From positions 1-10,917 of the forward strand of contig JAVHPP010000107.1 in NCBI GenBank assembly GCA_036170655.1: DNA of 10,917 nucleotides, read 5' to 3'. This DNA is from Candidatus Zixiibacteriota bacterium. GTDB taxonomy: Bacteria; Zixibacteria; MSB-5A5; WJJR01. The notes beneath the pieces are model-generated. The model saw nothing but the letters and a program-made list of their open reading frames with translations. It had not been told where the DNA came from and searched no databases. Of this stretch, positions 6,093 to 10,917 are shown piece after piece (the first letter of the stretch is position 1; each line of letters starts with the position of its first letter). The position numbers were made by a program, and so were the translations under genes.

Positions 6093-7496
6093 ATGATCTC
6101 ATTCGGTGTGATCGGTGCGTCGGTGCGGGGGGGGAGTATCCAGCTTCTCGAGGCATTGACTGTTCCGTCGGATCAGCGCGGGGCAACCCTTGCGGCGCTG
6201 AAGGAGGCATGTGGATTTGCCGAACTGACGCCGGTCTTTACCTGCAACCGCGTGGAATTCTACTACGTCGTCGCCGAGGGCCCAGCCGGTATCAGCTATC
6301 GCAACCGACTGCTCGATTTCTTCCTCAAGGGTCACAATCAGATCACCTTTGGTCCGTCGGACATCTATTCCTACTCGGCGTTCCGGGCCCTCAAGCATCT
6401 CTACCGTGTCTCTGCCTCCCTCGATTCGATGGTCGTTGGCGAGGCCCAGATATTGGGCCAGGTCAAGGAAGCGGTCGCGGCGGCGCGAGAGACGGGTCTT
6501 TTGGGGCCACGCCTCGAGGCGATCTTCGCGGATGCCTTCCGTGTGGCCCGGAAGATTCGTCGAGACACACCGCTCGGTGAGTATGCCGTTTCCATGGCAA
6601 CGCTGGTCGCTGATGCTGTCGGCGAGTACATGACCAAATGGGGACCGGTCACGGTCGCTGTTGTGGGTGCAGGCCCCATGTCACGCAAACTGGCCGAACA
6701 TATCGGCAAGCTCGAAAACCTCAAACTGCTGTTTGTCAACCGTACTGTCGCGAAGGCCGAAGCGCTGGCGCAGGAGTTTGGGGGATGTGCCCTGTCACTC
6801 GATGAGTTTCTCGCACATCCTCCGTCCATTGATATCGTCTTCAGTTCCACCGGGTCGCCGGACATCTTGTTCGATCAGGAGAAGGTCGACCGTATCCGCT
6901 GGGAACGCGATTCGTTGTCGCCATTGTTCCTGATCGATCTGGCCATTCCGCGCGACATCGAGCCAGCCGTTGGCACAATGTCCAATGTCGTGTTGCGAGA
7001 CATTCCCTACTTCCAGTCGACCGCAGACAAGAATCGGCGCGCCCGTTTCGTGGCGGTCGATCAGGCCGAACAAATCGTCGAGCAGGAGATCGCCCACGCG
7101 CACCGGGAGAACGCCGAACGGCAATTTCGTCCCGTCTTTTCCTCGACGTTGAACGAAGGTCTCGCCTATGCGCACGCGGGCCTGGACAAGCTGTTCTCCA
7201 CACGCCTTGACCACCTGTCCCCGCAGGACCGGGATGCCATCGCCTATTGGGTGGAAAAACTCGTTCGCTACACCAACCAACTCCCTGTCAGCGCGCTGGC
7301 GGAGCAGGCCGATACCTCTCGCGGTGACTGTTCCATGATTGCCGGCTACGGCTGCATGCAAACCCGTGCCGTTCCCGAACTCGCGACCGATGATCCGCTG
7401 GCCAACCGCTGCGCGCAACGCCAGGGACAGCCCTGTATCTTAGATGGACAACCTGCCGAGCCGGCGCCTGGCGAGTCTACCGGGACGGGCCGATGA
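6093..7496 (+). CDS. hemA: Glutamyl-tRNA reductase with a Cys-rich C-terminal extension
   Basis: Catalytic 'TCNRVEFY'; 'HLYRVSASLDSMVVGEAQILGQVK'; NADPH-binding 'VVGAGPM' and 'NRT'; 'DLAIPRDIE'. First gene of the hem cluster. Confidence 0.96.
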   Translation: MISFGVIGASVRGGSIQLLEALTVPSDQRGATLAALKEACGFAELTPVFTCNRVEFYYVVAEGPAGISYRNRLLDFFLKGHNQITFGPSDIYSYSAFRALKHLYRVSASLDSMVVGEAQILGQVKEAVAAARETGLLGPRLEAIFADAFRVARKIRRDTPLGEYAVSMATLVADAVGEYMTKWGPVTVAVVGAGPMSRKLAEHIGKLENLKLLFVNRTVAKAEALAQEFGGCALSLDEFLAHPPSIDIVFSSTGSPDILFDQEKVDRIRWERDSLSPLFLIDLAIPRDIEPAVGTMSNVVLRDIPYFQSTADKNRRARFVAVDQAEQIVEQEIAHAHRENAERQFRPVFSSTLNEGLAYAHAGLDKLFSTRLDHLSPQDRDAIAYWVEKLVRYTNQLPVSALAEQADTSRGDCSMIAGYGCMQTRAVPELATDDPLANRCAQRQGQPCILDGQPAEPAPGESTGTGR

Positions 7497-9136
7497 ATCT
7501 GGGCACGCGCGGGAGCGATCTGGCGTTGTGGCAGGCCCGCCTTGTGCGGGCCTTGCTGCTCCAGAAGGCCGGTATTGATGCTGAATTGGTCGTGATCAAG
7601 ACGCAAGGCGACAAAGACCAAGTCGCCACCTTCGACAAGATGGAGGGCAAGGGATTCTTCACCAAGGAAATCGAAGATGCGTTGTTGAACCATACCATCG
7701 ATATTGCCGTCCATTCTCTCAAAGACCTCCAGACCCAGATGCCGGCAGGACTGGCGATCGGCGGCCTGATTGAACGCGCGGACCGACGCGACATACTGCT
7801 CGTCCGCCCTGATGCTGCGGATGATTCGTTGACGCTGCACTTGCGCGAATCGGCCAAAGTGGGAACCACCTCCGCGCGGCGCGTCTCGCAGTTGCATTTT
7901 CTGCGTCCGGATCTGCACGTTCTCCCGTTGCGCGGCAACGTGCCCACGCGTCTGCGGAAGCTGCGCGAAGGCCACTACGATGCTATCCTGGTCGCGGCCG
8001 CAGGCGTGGAACGCCTGGCCCTGTCACTGGATGGGCTTGCCGTCTTTCGGCTGCATGAGAGTCTGCTGGTTCCCGCGCCGGGGCAGGGGGCCTTGGCCGT
8101 CCAGATTCGCAGCGATGATCAGCAAACCAAGCGTGCCGTCGCGTTGATTGCCGACACGGCGTTGATGGATGTCGTCTGGCTCGAACGCGAAATCTTGCGG
8201 CGTCTCGAGGGCGGCTGTCAGCTGCCGTTGGGAACATGTGTCGATCGCATACCGGGCGGCTTCCGCCTGAGCACCTATCTCGGCGGCCCCGATTTGCGAA
8301 GGCCGCGGCGTTTCATCATCGCCGGACCTGACCGGGCCGCGTTGGCGGGCAAAGCCATTGCGTATCTCAAGGGGGAGGCGGTCGCGGGATTTGACCGGGA
8401 ACGGTGCGTCCGCCTGTGGATTACGCGCGAACCCGCGCGCGCGGCGGAGTTCTGCAATGACTGCGACACCGCACGTTTCGACATCGCCGCGGTTCCGGTG
8501 TTCTACGCCGTCAGCGCCGGTTCCTCAGATCAGCATCGACGCATTCTGGACCGGTTGTCCACCTATGAATGGATCTTCTTCACCAGCCAGACCACGGTCA
8601 CCGAGTTCGCTGAGTTGATGCGCGCCAACAACGCCGTGCTGGGGGCGCAGACGAAAATCGCCGCTGTCGGCAATAAGACGGCCCGTGCCATTCAACAGCA
8701 CGGCTGGCGTCTCGACTTTGTGTCTCCGATTGCCGACGCAGAGTCTCTGGCTTTGGAATTTCAGTCGGCCATGCCCACCCCGGCTGGACCGATTCTCTTT
8801 CCCTGCGGCGCCAGGGCGTCAACCGATCTGGAGGAACTCGCCGCGGCGAACGGATATCAGATTGAGCGTTTTGTCTGCTACGATACCATCGAGCATCCCG
8901 ATCTTGGGCAGACATTGATGGCGTTGCCCGACCCCGATGCCGTCGTCTTCACCAGCGCTAGTGCAGTGAACTTTTTGATGGCGCGACGGTCTTTACCCAC
9001 GCATATCCCTGTCGTGTCGATTGGCCCTTCGACCACTGATGCGCTTTTGGCCGCCGGCTTCCCGATTGTGTGGGAGGCGGCTGACCGTTCACTCAAGGGC
9101 TTGGCCGAGGTCATCCATGGACTATTCCCTGAATAG
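7493..9136 (+). CDS. hemCD: Fused hydroxymethylbilane synthase (HemC) / uroporphyrinogen-III synthase (HemD)
   Basis: HemC motifs 'GTRGSDLALWQA', 'KGFFTKEIE', 'AVHSLKD', 'GTTSARR', 'LRGNVPTRL', 'PAPGQGAL' and 'LEGGC' (cofactor Cys). From about residue 307 (nt 8411), HemD motifs 'WITREP', 'WIFFTSQ', 'AAVGNKTA', 'YDT', 'VFTSASAV' and 'SIGPSTT'. No stop between the two parts. ATGA overlap with hemA. Confidence 0.94.
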   Translation: MNLGTRGSDLALWQARLVRALLLQKAGIDAELVVIKTQGDKDQVATFDKMEGKGFFTKEIEDALLNHTIDIAVHSLKDLQTQMPAGLAIGGLIERADRRDILLVRPDAADDSLTLHLRESAKVGTTSARRVSQLHFLRPDLHVLPLRGNVPTRLRKLREGHYDAILVAAAGVERLALSLDGLAVFRLHESLLVPAPGQGALAVQIRSDDQQTKRAVALIADTALMDVVWLEREILRRLEGGCQLPLGTCVDRIPGGFRLSTYLGGPDLRRPRRFIIAGPDRAALAGKAIAYLKGEAVAGFDRERCVRLWITREPARAAEFCNDCDTARFDIAAVPVFYAVSAGSSDQHRRILDRLSTYEWIFFTSQTTVTEFAELMRANNAVLGAQTKIAAVGNKTARAIQQHGWRLDFVSPIADAESLALEFQSAMPTPAGPILFPCGARASTDLEELAAANGYQIERFVCYDTIEHPDLGQTLMALPDPDAVVFTSASAVNFLMARRSLPTHIPVVSIGPSTTDALLAAGFPIVWEAADRSLKGLAEVIHGLFPE

Positions 9137-10100
9137 ACGGCCGCGCCGCCTGCGTCGCAATCCCCTGATTCGCGGACTGGTCGCGGAGACCATTCTTTCC
9201 CCTCAGGGCATGATTCAGCCATACTTTGTGGGGCAGAAATCCGACGAACGCTTTCCCATTCCGGGAATGCCTGGGATTTGTCGCGAATCGCCGGACTTGC
9301 TGATGGAGACCATTCGGCAGGATCTCCGCTTGGGGATCAGGCGCATCATGCTCTTTGGCGTGACCGATCGCAAGTCCGCGAATGCCGAATCCGCCTATGC
9401 CGACAACAACCCCGTCGTCGTGGCGATACAGCAGTTACGGCGGGAGTTTGGCGCTGATCTCTTCATCTCTGCCGATGTCTGTCTGTGTGCGTATACCGAC
9501 TCCGGCCATTGCGGTGTGTTGCGTGGCGGCGAAGTCGACAATGACGCATCGCTGGATGTCCTCGCGAAGATGGCGGTGCGTCTGGCCCAGGCGGGCGTGG
9601 ACTGGGTCGCGCCATCCGACATGATGGACGGTCGGATCGGCGCGGTGCGTCAGGCCCTCGACGGTGCCGGGTTCACCACTACCGGCATTCTCGCTTATAC
9701 GGCGAAGTACGCCTCCGCCTACTATGGCCCGTTCCGTGGCGCGGCCGAATCCGCGCCCCAGCATGGTGATCGCAAGTCCTACCAGATGGACTGGCGCAAT
9801 CGCCGCGAAGCGCGGCTGGAGGCACAACTCGATTTGGACGAAGGTGCTGATGTGATCATGGTCAAGCCGGCCCTGGCCTACCTCGATGTCATTGCCGATT
9901 TGGCCGCGGCCACCGATGTGCCCATCGCGGCCTACAATGTCTCCGGTGAATATGCCGCGGTCAAACTGCTGGTCAAAGAAGGCTTTGCCGAAGAACGAGA
10001 TCTCGTTTTGGAGAACCTGACTGCCATCACTCGCGCCGGTGCATCCGTGATCCTGACATACCACCTCCGCGACATCCTGCGTGAAAAATGGCTGTCGTAG
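9117..10100 (+). CDS. hemB: Porphobilinogen synthase (ALA dehydratase), Zn-dependent type
   Basis: 'RPRRLRR'; Zn-ligand motif 'DVCLCAYTDSGHCG'; 'APSDMMDGRI'; 'AKYASAYYGPFR'; 'MVKP'; 'AYNVSGEY'. The start is reassigned from 9021 to ATG 9117 (GAGG at 9107-9110), overlapping the end of hemCD by 20 nt. Confidence 0.97.
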   Translation: MDYSLNRRPRRLRRNPLIRGLVAETILSPQGMIQPYFVGQKSDERFPIPGMPGICRESPDLLMETIRQDLRLGIRRIMLFGVTDRKSANAESAYADNNPVVVAIQQLRREFGADLFISADVCLCAYTDSGHCGVLRGGEVDNDASLDVLAKMAVRLAQAGVDWVAPSDMMDGRIGAVRQALDGAGFTTTGILAYTAKYASAYYGPFRGAAESAPQHGDRKSYQMDWRNRREARLEAQLDLDEGADVIMVKPALAYLDVIADLAAATDVPIAAYNVSGEYAAVKLLVKEGFAEERDLVLENLTAITRAGASVILTYHLRDILREKWLS

Positions 10101-10127
10101 GCGAGGCTCCGCCCAGCGTTGTTGACT

Positions 10128-10917
10128 ATGTCCAGATCTGACGAATTATTCGCGCGTGCTCTCAAAGTCATCCCTGGCGGTGTCAATTCCCCTGTGCGCG
10201 CCTTTGGCGGTGTCGGGGGCGTCCCACGGCTCATCGCCCGGGGAGAGGGCTGCCGGTTGATCGATGCCGACGGACAGTCCTACATCGACTTCTGCATGTC
10301 GTGGGGGCCGCTCATTCTCGGCCACGCGCATCCCAAAGTCTTGGCGGCCATCGAGGCGGCGGCGCGCAATGGCTCCAGCTTTGGCGCGCCGACCGAAGCC
10401 GAGGTCCTTCTGGCCGAGAAAGTCTGCTCATGGGTCAAACCGGTTGAACAGGTCCGCTTCGTCTCTTCGGGTACCGAGGCGACCATGTCGGCCATCCGCC
10501 TCGCGCGTGGTTTCACCGGACGTGACCTCATCATCAAGTTCGCCGGATGCTATCATGGCCACGCCGACCATCTGCTGGTTCAGGCCGGTTCGGGGCTGGC
10601 AACGTTCGGCGTGCCGTCATCGGCGGGTGTTCCGTCCGCCATTGCGCAGTCCACGCTCGTCGCGCGCTACAACGACCTCGATTCGGTCCAAGCCCATTTT
10701 GACCGCCATGGGAAAGACATCGCCTGCGTGATCGTCGAGCCGGTGCCCGCCAACAATGGATTGATTCTTCCCGAGGGGAATTTCCTCCGCGATCTGGCCG
10801 CTATGGCTCACGGTTATGGAGCGCTCTTGATCTCCGATGAAGTGATTACCGGCTTTCGTCTGGGCCGCGATGGAGCGGCCGGCCGCTTCGGTTTTGAACC
10901 AGACCTGATGACATTCG
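10128..10917 (+). CDS. hemL: Glutamate-1-semialdehyde 2,1-aminomutase, 3'-truncated by the window
   Basis: Missing from the ORF track because it has no stop in the window. Hand translation gives MSRSDELFARALKVIPGGVNSPVRAF...YIDFCMSWGPLILGH...SSGTEATMSAIRLARGFTGR...GCYHGHAD...IVEPV...DEVITGFR...PDLMTF, ending just before the expected PLP lysine. Confidence 0.97.
   Translation, partial: MSRSDELFARALKVIPGGVNSPVRAFGGVGGVPRLIARGEGCRLIDADGQSYIDFCMSWGPLILGHAHPKVLAAIEAAARNGSSFGAPTEAEVLLAEKVCSWVKPVEQVRFVSSGTEATMSAIRLARGFTGRDLIIKFAGCYHGHADHLLVQAGSGLATFGVPSSAGVPSAIAQSTLVARYNDLDSVQAHFDRHGKDIACVIVEPVPANNGLILPEGNFLRDLAAMAHGYGALLISDEVITGFRLGRDGAAGRFGFEPDLMTF

Noticed and set aside
5935..6210. 91-aa minus-strand ORF across the hemA promoter, and 4123-4317 (+) in the other intergenic gap
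   Set aside because: No motifs, both overlap real genes, and their composition is unconvincing.
9021..9116. ORF-track upstream start for hemB
   Set aside because: It would overlap hemCD by 116 nt with non-homologous sequence. ATG 9117 has an SD and gives a typical HemB N-terminus.
10264..10731. 155-aa plus-strand ORF
   Set aside because: An alternative-frame ORF inside hemL with Arg/Ser/Pro-rich, non-protein-like composition.

Overview
A GC-rich bacterial window in which every credible gene lies on the + strand. In order: the 3' end of a sensor histidine kinase; a sigma54-dependent NtrC/FleR-type response regulator with a GAFTNA variant loop; a translationally coupled small exported protein resembling a stand-alone FlgD Ig-like domain; a probable unannotated 70-aa Cys-rich protein; a CPA2 (NapA-like) cation/H+ antiporter; a Tat-exported flavin amine/L-amino-acid oxidase; a ~300-bp motif-rich intergenic region; and a tetrapyrrole (C5 pathway) operon of hemA, fused hemC-hemD, hemB and hemL (truncated by the window edge and absent from the ORF track). 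No mobile elements, CRISPR arrays, rRNA or tRNA were seen. Best leads: (1) HemA has an extra C-terminal tail with a duplicated C-x4-G-x2-C motif, a possible metal, heme or redox sensor on the pathway's committed enzyme; (2) the small Cys-rich ORF; (3) several distinct repeats or palindromes upstream of hemA; (4) a structured leader in front of the antiporter. All functional interpretations of these leads are inferences that need database or experimental checks.
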